Shown: positions 1 through 14,040 of the stretch, piece after piece
Layout of the letters: the number at the start of each line of letters is the position of its first letter
Numbering within the stretch: position 1 is the first letter of the stretch
Origin: Ruditapes philippinarum
Taxonomy: Eukaryota
Assembly: GCF_026571515.1 (NCBI RefSeq)
Contig: NW_026861391.1
Location: forward strand, 372,001-436,000
Length of the DNA stretch: 64,000 nucleotides
Direction of reading: 5' to 3'
Made by a program: the position numbers and the translations under genes
Notes under the pieces: generated by a model
What the model saw: the letters and a program-made list of their open reading frames with translations, nothing else
What the model was told of the DNA's origin: nothing
Databases searched by the model: none

Positions 1-590
1 CAAATTGTCTTTAAATTCATGAAGTTGTAAAGTTGTGACAAAAAAATATTATGTTCGTTGGTATTTACTTGTTTGTATTTATTCCCATATTTTATCACCA
101 TCCGACACCTTTTAACGATATATTTAACGTTTCTTAATAATCACACATTTCCAAAAAGATAACAAGTTTTCACAATTTTTTTTTTCCAGAAGGTCATATA
201 CCCATGTGGTACAATATGCAAAATATATAATATGGCAAACATGCATCAATACTAAGTTGGCATGACCTCATACATGCATCACAGTAGCACATTTTACATA
301 GGAAATGAAAACATATATTCACCTTTTACATGATGTACAAGTTTATAATAATTCACATTTTCGTCGTATGTGTCAAACGTATATATGCAACATAAGATTT
401 AAAAAAATAATTAAGTGTAACAAAAATCCAATTGTACTGACTTTACATAATTATTAAATTAAATCTATCACTAGTGAAGTAGATAAATTTGATAGATTAA
501 AATCTGTCTCAATTGAATATTTCCAAAAAGATATATTAGATTCAAAATGTACACCAATTATTCAAACAAAGAGTGCTTGATGTACAAGTA

Positions 591-703
591 TCCAGTGATA
601 TGGCGGCGGGTACGGTGACTTGCACTTTCCAGTGCCGTCCATAAACAGGCTCAATCAAACCAAGCCTGCAACATTTTTAATTTTGTCGTTTTGGGCGTTC
701 TTT
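591..703 (+). repeat. Multi-hairpin dispersed element, copy A
   Basis: TTGCACTTTCCAGT.CCGTCCA..AACAGGCTCAATCAAACC.AGCCTGCAA..TTTT.AATTTTG.CGT.TTGGGC shared with four other loci. Confidence 0.8.
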
Positions 704-789
704 GTGAAATGCTTTTTCTATATTTTACAGACGGGAAGAAACAACCTACCATATGTTTGGTGCAGACATAATTCAAAGCCTTCTGAAAT

Positions 790-968
790 TGCAAGTGATC
801 AGCGTTTGCCACCAGTATAAAGCCAGACTAGTCTGTACATTCTTGTAGCCTTGCCAGGGTATATACTATTGTCTGATCAACTTTTGATATCCCTCTAATT
901 GATAATGGACACTTCCAAAAATGGAAGCTGGATATATTCATTTTAGAAATTCACCAAGCAAAGGTTAA
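790..968. repeat. Short TTAA-ended non-autonomous element; related copy at ~42726-42892
   Basis: TTTGCCACCAGTA.AAAGC.AG...TATACT.TTG...ATCCCT.TAA...CATTTTAGAAAT shared; ends GGTTAA. Confidence 0.55.
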
Positions 969-2842
969 CACTACCTTTAATGTCACACAAACACACAATA
1001 TGTCAAATGGCGACTTTCCTGCTTACTGGTGGTGAATGACCTCATTTTCCCTTTCCGTTCATTTTTGTAAGGCAAGAACGGGCACATGATTAGAACCAAC
1101 GACTTTCAGTAAGCTAGCTAGATATTCATTCAAAGTCTTCCTTATATACAACAATGTATGATCATTCTACAGAAGACCTTAAATGTTAGTTTTATATCAT
1201 GTGATTAGATATTTTGTTTTATTCAAAATGCATAATGAAAATGCTGTATTGTTTAAGTAACGCATTGAAATTTTATATTCTATTATAATTCATTTGTACA
1301 GTCAAGAGAAAAAAAATATACATTTTGTATTTATATGATTATCAAAATCACTAAGCATATAAATAGTGCTTTTATTTCTTTGGTTTGGTATTCTAGTACT
1401 AGCATTTAATATCTAATATTTGTGATAAATTAAAATAATTTCAAAATAATTTATTACGTCAAGCTTGTTTTAAGGTGAACTTAAAGCAAACCAAAATACT
1501 ATTAATTACACCTGTTAAAACTACATTGTAGTAAACTTTTTATCTGACGCTTAGTAAGTAATTAAGCAGACGACATTGCTAATTCCGGTTTGGAAAAAAA
1601 TGCATAAAACCGTGATATTGATATCGTGGAAGATTTAATTTGCTGTACAGATAACAATTCAGTTAATTAAATAACTGCAACAATAGATTTTTCAAATCTT
1701 GGCCAATTTACAGTTATTGTAATAAAGGGTAATTTTGAAACAGTTTTGCGTATTTCAAAGTTGAAGGAAACGCCATAGTAAACATTAGCATTAAATGAGT
1801 ATCGAAAGTTTGTACATGTGGAAAAAAAACATTACATCTAACCTAAAGCACATATGTGTTGAAATAGATATTCAAAATATACAATTTTATGAAATTTTAT
1901 TTTACAGAAATGAAGATAATTCAATATAAGAAAACACAAATTCTACCAGTTTTAGATAAAATAAATTTTAAATTAAATTAGTGTTACAGTATTTGATATA
2001 ACTATTCTTAACCTGACAAAGATCTATGTATTTCACACACAAAATATATGAAATTTTATCATGTTTCGTGAAAATATATTCCATATTTTACTAAAACGAA
2101 AAAATATCCTCCTTGTATATATCTAGATCTCTTTTTTTTAATTTTCACCCAACAAACACAAGACATCATGCACAATACAGAACTTTTTGAGGCTTTCGGG
2201 ATATTGGCAGCAGAGAATTATTCGATAGTCTACCAAATTACTTATAATAAAGTACGTATAATATCTATAAAGATAATCTACACGATATTGCGATGAATTG
2301 TATCGTTTAAGAATACCAACCACCTGAACAACCTTGAATAACTTGATAAACAAAAAAACTTTAACTTAATAGTTTTAGAATAAATGTTGCATGAAGTCAC
2401 GTAATATTGATATCACGAAAGTTGCCATGACGTTAGATCAATATATATAAACTATGATTCTCTTCCTACTATCTTTCAATGTATTCAATAGTAATTTAAT
2501 GTATAGATTCCTATTTTCAAAGGAAGGACTATCCAAAAAGTCCCCCTATATTAAACCCTAATTTAATATTGCTTGATTATAAATTAAGGATTAATCGAAA
2601 TCGTATAAAATAATTGGAAGATGCTAACGGAAATATAATTTGATAATAGTTTATTGTTTTAATGTACCAATACATTTCCAATGTCGTCATCTAATATTTC
2701 TATATAAGTGGTCTATATTGTTCAAATCCTCAATCATAGCCACTGCGTTACTTTAGATCATCAAAACGTTTTGCATAAATATCGTTAAATAGCTACTTAT
2801 TTAGAATTTTATTACTGTCTCTTCTCACATCCAATTATCATA

Positions 2843-3652
2843 ATGGAAGGTTTATTTTATTCAGTAATTGTCTTCATTTTTCTGGTAAGTATTATCAAAT
2901 TATTTCATGTTATAATTCCGTCAAACTTACAATGACAATCATTTGTTATACTGTTATGCATGCAGAACTTTTAATAAAGGAATGTAACAAATGTGTTTGC
3001 GCTCTCTTTCCCCTTTCTTTCTCTCTCGTTGCCTTAAAAATAAGCAATATAGCATTAGATTTATATAAATCTGCATAAAGTGTGGTTTTTATCTTTTCAG
3101 ACACCAGGGTTAATACACAGCAAAGTCTTACAAGGCTGCTCAGAACCGGAAACTATGCCCACTATGAGTTTTGAGGAAAACTTAAATATAACAATAGAAC
3201 AGTCTTTTAGTATTATCCCTGGCTGGTACGAAACAATCGCAGCTAAAAACGAAGTTCCTTTGGAATATATAGATGTTCACCACAAACATTTCTTCGGACA
3301 TGGCAAATGTAAAAATAATAATAAGAGAAATCGCAAACATAAAAGAGACAACACTCTGAATAATCTTAGTGAATGTATGTGGAGATATATTGAAAACCTA
3401 GACATAAATAGAAAACCTAGCAAACTTCTAGAAGTTGAGTGTATATGCAGCTCTCCACTTAATGCTAGGAGAAATGTTGATTTGATTTGTGAAAGGGTAT
3501 TTGAATATGTATCCGTGTATAGAAGAATTGGGTGCGTCAATGGAGTGTTTGAGTACAAACGCGTATGGGAGCCAAGAGCAGTCGCTTGTGTCGCAACAAC
3601 AATGCCCGAACCTACCCGGCTTCGTACAATGGCTTACAGAATATCAGAATAA
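2843..3652 (+). CDS. IL17: IL-17-like cytokine #1 (exons 2843-2884 and 3101-3652)
   Basis: Exon 1 MEGLFYSVIVFIFL ends at donor CTG|GTAAGT; acceptor TTTTCAG at 3100; the phase-0 join gives a signal peptide. C-terminal SECMW...DINRKP..L.EVECIC...C..V.EYVSVYRR..C.....Y...W...AVAC fits the IL-17 fold. TATATAA at 2701; AATAAA at 3851. Confidence 0.88.
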
Positions 3653-5157
3653 CTTAGGGAATTGACAAAAATGGTTATATATAATAGACTTAGTCATACC
3701 AAAATATCATTATGAACATAGCAGATTTTAAATGCTTCTCCAACTTGATGTAGCTTAGTTATTGAACAATAATAGTACAATTTTAAATCAAAATTAGTGC
3801 AATATAATACATTGTGTTGAAATACTTAATCATATTCATATATGTATGTCAATAAAAATGAAATTTATAACATCTTTGATTTTCTGTGTTACTTGCTTTA
3901 CTTTGCAACTATATCTAGCGATTGAAAGCAAACCATTGCAGATGATTTCTGCCGGCGAGAATTAAACTGTCTAGAAACAATACTATTTTGAACCTTCCAA
4001 CGTTTACATTATAATCTTACTTGTAGAGTAAAACATATCATTATTTGTTTCGGTGTACATTTAATTTTCTAATGCATTGTGCGCTATACATTCTTTCACC
4101 ACATAAAACAAATACGGATATAAACGTCAGTGCAAAGAAATTTCTTTATTGTTTAACTGAAAGTCGTGCTCAACTGATAAAATAAATAGAATCAAAGAAA
4201 AATCAACAAACAAACATAATAACACAAAATAAACAAGAAAAGTAACAACCAAAAGACAAATAATATCAACAACTACAATAAAAACAAAACAGCCAATATT
4301 GAATTGCATTAAAGCTGCTCGTCCAATATAGTTGTTAAGTTTGGTACAGATACATCTATGTAGTTAAACATATGTAACACGATGAACCAAGCTTATACCA
4401 CTTTATAGCCATTGCATGATATTAACTTGAAACATTATTTAATACAACTCTGATACTACAAGTTTTAATGTTTGTTTTCTATGGTTTTAACGGTACATTA
4501 ACACATAAATGGCCATATCGTGCCGAACACTTTAATTATAAACATAAGATTATTAAACCTGAAAAGGGGGTTATTACAACATTTTCACACTAGAAGATCT
4601 TTTATTAAACATGCATACATTTGCATTGTTCGTATTTGTCAATATAAAAAGAACAATATCATTGCTAAATTCCTATTTACATGCTATAATAGTGATAATT
4701 ATCCCTGCTGAATTATAACAGGTTGTTCATTTCACCAATACAGTAAAGATCAAAAGACAATATATTTGTCATTAACGGTAATTAGCAGTGGTAGAGTAGA
4801 CAAGACAATTCTTTTGAAATTTAAACTTCCTTATTGTACATAAATTTGTGCATATTAAAACAGTTATAACCAGTGTTGTAGGTAAATGCTATTTGACGTT
4901 AGTGTAAGTTAACTTAAATGAAAGATTTCATATGCGATGTTCAATGAAAACATCTACTTTTTTACATGTATTGATTTGCTTCTAAAGCACTAGTCTTCAT
5001 CATTACTTTTTTACCATTGAATCACCGAATTTGAAATCTGGAATAGGGATTTAAATGTTGAATTAATTGGTTATTCGTAAAGCTTCTTGATTTGTTGTTA
5101 GAAATTTTGTTTTCTCAAAGTGACATAAAATCTGCGTTGACTATACTTCAGAAAAAG

Positions 5158-5724
5158 ATGCGATTCGGTTTTGCTGTGCTTTTCACCTGTGTGTTTATAC
5201 ATGTATCTTATGCTGACCGAACATTGAGAGTTAAGTGTGATGCAAAGGAAAACATCACTCTGACGGAGCGAATTAATGAACTTCATGAATCGTTTTACAT
5301 GCTGCCATTCTTTAGAAACAGTAATAACTTCATTACTAACGGCTCTGACTTTCACCAAAATGTACACGCTAAAACTGTCCAGCTCGCTAAAAGGAAGAGT
5401 GATCTTTTGTGTAAAACTCAGAAAGGCAAGAAGAGAGGCAATAAACTACGGAGAGCATCAACGTGTCCATGGCATTACGTGTTGAATGTTGACAATCAGA
5501 GAATCCCAACTATATTGTTTGAAGCTCGGTGCAATTGCGCTCATAGATGCCTGGGAGGTATGGCTAACTCTAGATGTGAACCGATTAACTACTACTATCA
5601 CGTGTATAGGAAAGTGGAAGAAGATAAATATGGGTTTTGTACTTATCGTGAAACGTTAGAGGCCATCAGTGTTGGATGTACATGTATTCACCATCCGAAA
5701 GATAGACCCGTCACCTCACTCTAA
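5158..5724 (+). CDS. IL17: IL-17-like cytokine #2 (uninterrupted CDS, 188 aa)
   Basis: ATG 5158 opens signal peptide MRFGFAVLFTCVFIHVSYA; canonical RASTCPWHYVLNVDNQRIPTILFEARCNC...CEPI...ISVGCTC motif. Confidence 0.95.
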   Translation: MRFGFAVLFTCVFIHVSYADRTLRVKCDAKENITLTERINELHESFYMLPFFRNSNNFITNGSDFHQNVHAKTVQLAKRKSDLLCKTQKGKKRGNKLRRASTCPWHYVLNVDNQRIPTILFEARCNCAHRCLGGMANSRCEPINYYYHVYRKVEEDKYGFCTYRETLEAISVGCTCIHHPKDRPVTSL

Positions 5725-5938
5725 TGGAACAGTAATCGCATGTGCATTACTTTTATAAAGTCGATTAAAAAATAAATAATAAAATGCTTAAAGGTTTATT
5801 TATTTCAATAGCAAAAGTGCTAAGTGAAACTCAGTGAAACATTAATGAAAAAATAAACATATTCCAATATAATAGTTTAACTTGAAATGCTATATACCTT
5901 ACTGCTTGAAATATTTTTGAAGTTTTCTATGTCGATTA

Positions 5939-6790
5939 ATTAAAGCAGCACCTCCTCTGATTTGTTACAACTTGCGTGCAAACTAATGAGTAAAACTGTT
6001 GTCTAAAGGATATAGTCCTGGGAATAAGTAATTATATCAGCAAAAACTATCTATATTGTTTGGTTTTATTAACCTGTCAATTACATACTGATTACACGGT
6101 CGATGCACACAGTATATTAATCTTCGGTAGATGTTCGGTAAGTTCCGCGAGATGTACGCTGTACGATGAAATTTAATTTAATTTGTATCTCTAAACTAAA
6201 AGTACTCAGCGTTATAGCGCAATAGGGTAAATCACCAGTTTATAATCTAAGTGCCAAACGTGTTTTAAGTTCGAGGCCGCGTTGGTCCATGTTTTTTTCT
6301 TTTTTATACTTTCAACATTATTGAATCTATATATGATTACTTTATGTTGTTCGTTTTGTTTGATTATGTTTTACTTAATTTTGTTATGTTTATATACTCT
6401 TTCTTTTTTAAATAACATGTTTTTTTTAAGAATTCATGTTTAAAATTAAAACGGATTAAAATCAATAAATGTCTTTTCAATGCCGTAAAACACACTACAA
6501 ATCTGTTCCATTAAAATATACTGCAAAAATAAAGAAAGAGTACTAAAACAATGGCAACAGTCAGGATCGAACCACAGACCTCTCAATTATCAGGCATTCT
6601 CTTTACCGACTGTCCTATTGTGAATTAACGAATACTTTAACATTAAGCTGGCGTGACTTTCAATCCATGACTAATATACTCCACATTAATTCTCGTAAAC
6701 TACACGTACCAAACCGAAGTGGGATCGAATATTTAAATGAGTCCTACAATGTATTCATAATTGACAGGTCAATAAAATCAGACTATACAA
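5939..6790. mobile_element. Non-autonomous inverted-repeat element containing two tRNA-like units
   Basis: TTAAAGCAGCA start; IR TTTTATTAACCTGTCAATTA (6064-6083) / TAATTGACAGGTCAATAAAA (6758-6777); A/B-box units at 6208-6300 (+) and 6545-6622 (-). Confidence 0.5.
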
Positions 6791-9700
6791 AAGTGTTTGT
6801 TTACATTGTATGTTTATAACATTTGTCTTTTTTATTGGAGTAAATATAAATTTTCAACTTGATTAATATTGCACCCGAGAGACTTAGCAAAACAGCCATA
6901 CAATTTATTGACTTAAACCAAGCTAAATCGACACACTAGCCATTTGCTGGTAACATGCCACCGGAAGATTGTTATGTTATAATGTATTTATATATGTGGT
7001 ATTGTCGTGAAACTTGTAATCTGTTTGTCAGTAAATAGGATGGATGACTCTTTGCGTTAGAAATTAATGACATTGTAATTTGTTATATTAGTTAACTGAT
7101 TAAGTGACCTGTGTTTTATTCATTGTTTTCAAGACATGTTAGTACTTTAAGTATTGGAGTTTTTAAAGTATATATTAGTTGTATAATATATAATTGATGA
7201 TTAATATAAATGTTCTCTATAACTATGATTTGTGATGTACTGCTTTATATTATTTGTGCCTGCTATGTTTGTGTCATTTATGATGCTCTAAGAGAGTGAA
7301 TGCATATGATTTGACTTGGAACAGAATAGATTAATTCATTATAGTTATGATTAAGGACAAACAAATGTATCACTGATACGCTTCGTACTTTACTTTTAAC
7401 ATTATTAAAAGCAGTTTATAACAAATAGCAACTTTTTTTATCATACGAAAACTACATGTAATAAAAGGTGCATGAATGAAAAAAAGGATGAAAGCTACAT
7501 AGCATGTAAAGTCATCCCCCATACATGTATCAAAGTAATGACAGTAAAAAAATGCAGTTTAAACATTTATTTAAGGGTTGTAATGATTTTGATAGAATCA
7601 AACTGAACTGATTTAGAATGAAATTTAGCGAGTGTTTAAAAGACAGAAGATTAAATAATGGAAACAAGTGAGAAGATTCCTGTTCAAATAGAAATACTTC
7701 TGTTACAAGATGAATCTCAAGGAAATATACACATATACGAGGTATATACATTTGAATATATTGAATATGTATTATATATAAAGAAGAAAAAGAAATTGCA
7801 ATAATTATAGTGATGCATGCAGAACATACAAATATAGAACACATAACAATAATCGGCTGGCCCCATGGACCCTATATTCATTGTTTATAGAAAACGACGT
7901 GTGTATAAATCTAGTAAATCAATTTGCTTTAAGTTCAAAGACTAGTATATGAATAGTTTTAACAGAAAAATATTTCACCTGCCTAAACTTGTTATCATAG
8001 TATGCAATCATGATAAATAGCTTGAACATATTGTAAATAAAAGTAAGAAATATCTTAAAATACACTTATATATTTCTATAAATGACATAACGTCTAATTG
8101 GGCTTTCACTAGATATTTTGCATTTTTGCTAACGTGATTTGTGAACAAGAAAAATAATTTTCCGCATCAACACGGTATCACTTAATATATCACCAAAATA
8201 TTGTTTTCCTATTTAATCTTATTTTGGGCACCTTTGCAAGAAGTGTATCTCGTTTTCGACTTAATTGATATGACATAGCTAACAGAATCTCTCATAGAAT
8301 GGCTCTTCTTGTTTAATCACTGAGTGGTAAGTTCTAAGTTTTGGAAAATTTTGCACTTTTTTTCTCCACTGACTACTATAGACAACTATGAACGTAATTC
8401 GATAAAGAATAACATGTTTTTTCTATGAAAATTAACACGCCAAATTTATAAGAAATACGGCGTTTTCATTGCATGACAAATAAGGCCGGACACTAAAGAG
8501 AGTTTTCAATTTCAGTTCAACTGTCTGGAGACAATAATGGATCTGCTGTTACTAACATTTGAAAGACATCATTACAGATTTTTTCGCGCTACACCAGTTA
8601 CCGTTACATAGCATACTAGTCTTGATAAAACACCAATTTTGTAATCATTTCATTGTTAAAATTAACCAGTCTATTTCAGAAATGAATATTTAGCTGAAAT
8701 ACATTTGTCAATACATAAACATCTGTCAAATATATTCTATTGTTTTACAAAAACTTCCGCCAGTAACTTACACATTTAGATAAATTAACGAAGATTCGTT
8801 ACCAGTTGAAATTCAAAAGCGTGTTTGACAATAAGTGTCAGTTGATTGGCTAAGAGTTAAACTATGACACTATTCAGTCAATTAGAAACGGTATGTTAGG
8901 AGATTTTGGTAATAGGAAAGGGTTTTTTAGAATTCTTTTTTTTTATTTTTTTTATTTTTAAAGGAAAAAAAACAATAACAAACAAAATAAAACCCAAAAA
9001 CAACAAAATGACCAGGTTATTTAAACGATGCCTTTTTGTCCGTGTAGTTTTTCCTAAATGAAGTACTTACGTATTCGGTTCCATTATTTTTCTATTTTAT
9101 TCTATAAATGTTTCAGTTTCAAAAGAAAACATGACATTAGACCAATGTAAAAATAAAAACCATAGATCTGTCTTGGTATATTTAATAAATTTTACGTTTA
9201 TTTCCTGCCGGGAATTATATAGCAATTGATTTCAAAACCCAACAAGATGCAGTTCTAATTATAAATAAAACCAAGCAAATATTACCAAGTAAAATAATAT
9301 TCATTCATTTTGCAATTAATATTGTTTTCAAGATATGTTTTGCCCATAGTATATAAAATATAATATGTACTTTTACACATTACCTTTGCGTAAAAAATGT
9401 GTATCAATTGTGTCGTAGTATAATTTTAAAATTTATAATGGTCTGACATTTTCTTCAATGACTCATATTGAAGGAGAACAGCATGTCAACTAGGTAAAAG
9501 GGTTATTGTATTGCTGTAAGGCCTCATACATGCCAACGTCTCAAACAAACGCAATACCACTAGCAATACCACTGCTTGGAAACAGTAAACGTTTTTTTTT
9601 ATAAAATTTACAAAACTTCTCTATGTTCAAAATTACTTGCAAATAGAACATAAAACAAAACATATTCATCATTCGAGACAATAATGTCAATTTCTCTATC

Positions 9701-12700
9701 TGCTTCTTTCTATCCTCTCTCTTCTTTATAACGTTACGGTGGTTTTATTCACTTTTTTATTTATGACTATTACATTGTCTTTAAAAAGATACTGAACATG
9801 ACAATGCGTATTCCCCGGCCTCTTTGTAGGTTTTGCTTATTTGTGTGCTTACTTGCTTGTGTTGTCCTTTGCTTTACCTTGTTCCCTTTTTCAGTTTTGG
9901 TAGAAAATAGACCGATTCTTAGAAAATTGTGACTATTTAACATTTCTTGTAATTTAGGACAATGATGAATAACAACGATTACAGAAGAGCAGAAAAATAT
10001 GAAATACAAAAAGTACATGAATAAGTAAAATGATTAGAGCCGAAAGCTATAGAGCATATAAAATTTGAATTTTAAATCAAATTTGCTAATAAATTAAACA
10101 TTCATTCTTTCATATCAATTGCAAATACTGTCCAAAACTATCTTTTTAGTATATGGAAAAATAGAATGAAAGAATAAAAGTTTAATTTATTGGTGTAAAA
10201 TTAATTTATAGATTCAAATTTTGGGATAATTAAGAATGAAATAAGCGACTGTTAAAAAGAATTGTGATTTAAGAGAAAGATAAAATAAGAAAATAAACTT
10301 TAAGGAGCTTATTTCGGATATCTTCTAAAAGCAACATTTTGTGCGGAATGAAACTAATGAAAGCGATTACTTCCACTAATTAATACAGCTATATATACTC
10401 ATTAAATGATTTTGAAAAAAATGAATTACTTATGATGCGCCGTTCTACATTTTCTTACGTTTTGAAACCTGGTATCGTAAATAAATGTAACAACTTCATC
10501 CGTGTAAATTTTATCAATTTGAATTATTGATTAACTCATTTAATGCTTTAAAATATAATTAACATAAATTTTATAAAATTGGTGATGATGATTATTATTT
10601 ATTGTACTGTTTATACCTTTGATGCAAGGCATGTTTTCATAGAAAGTAAAGACATCTATGTTTTACACCATGTGTTTTAGAAATGGGTATAGATTGGTTA
10701 ATCTATGCAAGTAGGGCGTGTCGTTTAGTAATTGCTGGCGTTGCGTCAGTATTAGGTATCTGTTATTGTTTTACTGATTACTTCCGCAGGTAGTTTTACC
10801 TTTTCATGTTAAGTAACGACAATTCGTTATTACTTTAAAATGGGAAGCGTGATTGCCAATACAAATTAGCTCATTGGTTAAAATTTAACATTACGAGCTT
10901 GAATTATGGTTTATGTTAAAATAAAGCAAATCTACCCTATCAGTTATTGTTAATTAGAAGTATATTATGAAAGTTCGGTAATAGCAAAGGGGATATTTCA
11001 ACCAGGGTTGTCCTTAAATTTTTTATCCTTTTATGTCCATCGGGTGTCTGTTGTTCTTTTCGGCACCGAAAGTCCAGCTGAGGAAAACGGTTTTAATTTC
11101 CGCTAAAAATTTAATTGAAACTTAATATTAGTTGGATTTTTAATTGGTCTTTTGAAAATCGCAAACTGAAATCAGGGAATCTTAATGGCCATTGTAAAAT
11201 AAGAGTAATAATATTAGGATCTTTCTACATTTGTAAAACGTTTACACGTCCAAATTATAAAATAATCTAAAGGAGTATCAGCAACAAATTTTCTAGTTGA
11301 ATTTCTCGGATATTTGAGATCTGTGAACTTCCTCCCAATAAATATTTTACACTACTTATAGAAATTTCATTAATGCTTTAGTGAAAAGCTTATTCAACAT
11401 AAGAATTACCGAGTTACAAATTATATTCTATAAGTTTTGTTCAAAATGTCGAAACTACCAATAACATTCACGTGTGCATACCGACAGACACCAACTAAAA
11501 AAGTCCCGAATTCTTCTGGTACGCTCATTGTGTGATATATAATTTTGGATGTGTTCAACTGATAATTATTTCAAATTTTCGATATATTTTTATTAATAAA
11601 GCATATATTAATGTGTACATGCGTTCAAGTTCCATTTATAAACATTTCTTGCAGTGTAGCATATATCTAATAATTAAATTCTATTACAAGATAACAAAAT
11701 AACCTTTACACGTAAAAGCAGAGTATCTTTTTAACGACACTTCTAGTTTGTGATTTTTCTTTATCACCACAATATACAATATTGTCTGAAAACCGTGATG
11801 AATTCGACAATGTTTAAGAACGGTTCTTTTTAACATTTTGGACGTCCAATATAATATCTCTTTATAATGTAACGGCTAACGTTAACCTAACCTAAATGCT
11901 AATCTCGTGCATGTCTCAAACATTATATCAAGTTAGAACTTATTTTCCTATCACATGTATTTTCATAAACGCAGCAGTTAAAATTGGCGTTACTAATGTG
12001 AGAACATGACTGTGAATATTTGATTATTGAATTGACAATTTCCACGTCCTTATCAGGCGATGTATAAGTACTAATCACGGATATGTTTTAGGAAATATTG
12101 GGGTTTTGTGTCCTGATACTATCATACAAGAGCAATTTATACAATACAATACTCCTTAGTATAAAATGGCAACAACATATCATATAAATAATAATAATTT
12201 TAAACAAAAATATAATATAATAATACAGTATGAATATATTATGAAACAGTTGTATTCGATCTTATTCTGTTAATAAGAACTTGGTTATATTACTGAATAA
12301 TTCTAGTTTTAAAAAGATTCTTCTTAAAATAAACTAAGAACTGTTTTATTTATTTCGTATATCTTGACAATTATATATTTTGAGATGGATGGTTGATGTA
12401 CCCCCATTACTATGTCATTACTATATCCGTTACTAGTGTTATATGTACCTATATCGTAGGCATTCCGACCTTATACATTCTATAAGAGGTTTTATATTTA
12501 TGGTCTACAAATACATGTAAGTTAAAAATATCGATCAGTATTTGTATTATTATTATTATTTATCATATGAATAACATAAACAATATTTTTGATGTTTACA
12601 ATTAGTGTCTGAAGTCTACCATTGTTTGTTCTCTTGTGAAAGTATTACTCAGGTTACCATAAAGAGATAAATTCAGGTATATTTGTAACAATAAAACTTA

Positions 12701-12985
12701 TTTTCTATCATCTACGATTTTTTTTCAAAAATGATTATTGTAAACAGAACAGAACATAACAGAAATTTTATAACGACTTACACAAAGTACATCAACAATA
12801 CATTATATTCACATATAAAAGCTATGATATATATGAAGAATTAAATTATGAATATAAGCTATATCCTTAAGTATTAAATAAATATATGTAACTTACTTTC
12901 TTTAACGAAAATAGAATATCAAATTCAGTCGAATAACAATACAAGGTATAATTATTTCGTATTTTATTGAATGGTAATAACATAT

Positions 12986-13109
12986 ATATGAGCCGCGTCA
13001 CGACAAATCCAACATAGTGGGTTTGCGACCAGCACGGATGCGCAGGCTGGTCTGGATCCATGCTGGTCGCAAACCCATTATGTTGGTTTTGTCATGACAC
13101 AGCTCATAT
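12986..13109. mobile_element. Palindromic MITE
   Basis: Arms ATATGAGCCGCGTCACGACAAATCCAACATAGTGGGTTTGCGACCAGCACGGAT and ATCCATGCTGGTCGCAAACCCATTATGTTGGTTTTGTCATGACACAGCTCATAT. Confidence 0.85.
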
Positions 13110-13797
13110 GTTGTTCTAGAATCAACGTCAAAACATGTTGCTATCACTATATCTTTAATGCTGCATTGTTAAACGTGTGATTGTGGGATGACAGATTCCT
13201 TTTGTGATAATCTGAATGAATTGTAAGTTCTTGTGTTACATTCACATTCGATAACGACAAACCATGTAGACAGAACAGTACTAAATAGTAACAGACATCC
13301 AAAAAATAAAGCAACGACGACGCGCGATGTTCATCATTAAACACATCAAAATATACATATTCTGTGATGTATCATTTAAATCACTGTCAGTGACGTTTCC
13401 GTAACTTTGGGAACCTTGTGAGGACAAACAACATTTTTTTATAAAAAAAAATTCTACGACGTAAAAAAAGCAATTCTGCGTGAAAATGGATATGCTTTCA
13501 GAAATAAATCTAGCCTAGGATTGAAAAAGATTTTGATTCAGTTCTTGACGCATAGCTATATTCTTGAATGTCTATTATGCCTCAAAAGGATATTATGTTT
13601 CTTTCTCTCTCTTTTATTTTTTGTATCTTTTTACAGTTTCAAAAAGATTCTCATTTGCGATATAAATGAACTACCTTTGAATCTTTTATGCCCTGTTGGC
13701 ATTTGGTAGAATTACATTGAATTAATATTTTGTATGAAAGTCAAAATACTATATTGTTTACGTTTTGCTTCCTTTCTGGCACATAACTGCATATTCA

Positions 13798-14040
13798 GGT
13801 ACCATTGGCCTAGTGGTTAAGGCGTCCGCCTTCGGATCGAGAGGTCGAAGGTTCGAGCTTCCACGGGGAGCATTAATTCAAGGATGAATGTTTCTCGTGG
13901 GATTCCTTCCGAAATGGCCGCTTCGTGAGCAGCGAGGTAGTGGCATAGTGGTAGGAGTTGGGAGGTACATGGTATGCAAGCAAAACGTGTCTCATAAGTC
14001 AGTAGGGGAGACACTATACTAAAAAAGACCTTTACCTTTT
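13798..14040 (+). mobile_element. tRNA-derived SINE
   Basis: A box TGGCCTAGTGG, B box GGTTCGAGC, non-tRNA body, ACCTTT-repeat tail. Confidence 0.7.

Noticed and set aside
3080-3100. ORF-track starts for the IL-17 genes (3080, 5092, 22194, 31851, 35688, 44416, 56966, 62637)
   Set aside because: They lie in polypyrimidine tracts or upstream sequence, or use non-ATG codons; the spliced models give proper signal peptides.
13798-13875. Possible tRNA genes (also 55620-55692, 37595-37670, 6208-6290, 6550-6622)
   Set aside because: A/B boxes are present but stems are imperfect and the units sit in repeat bodies; called SINE heads or tRNA-like only.
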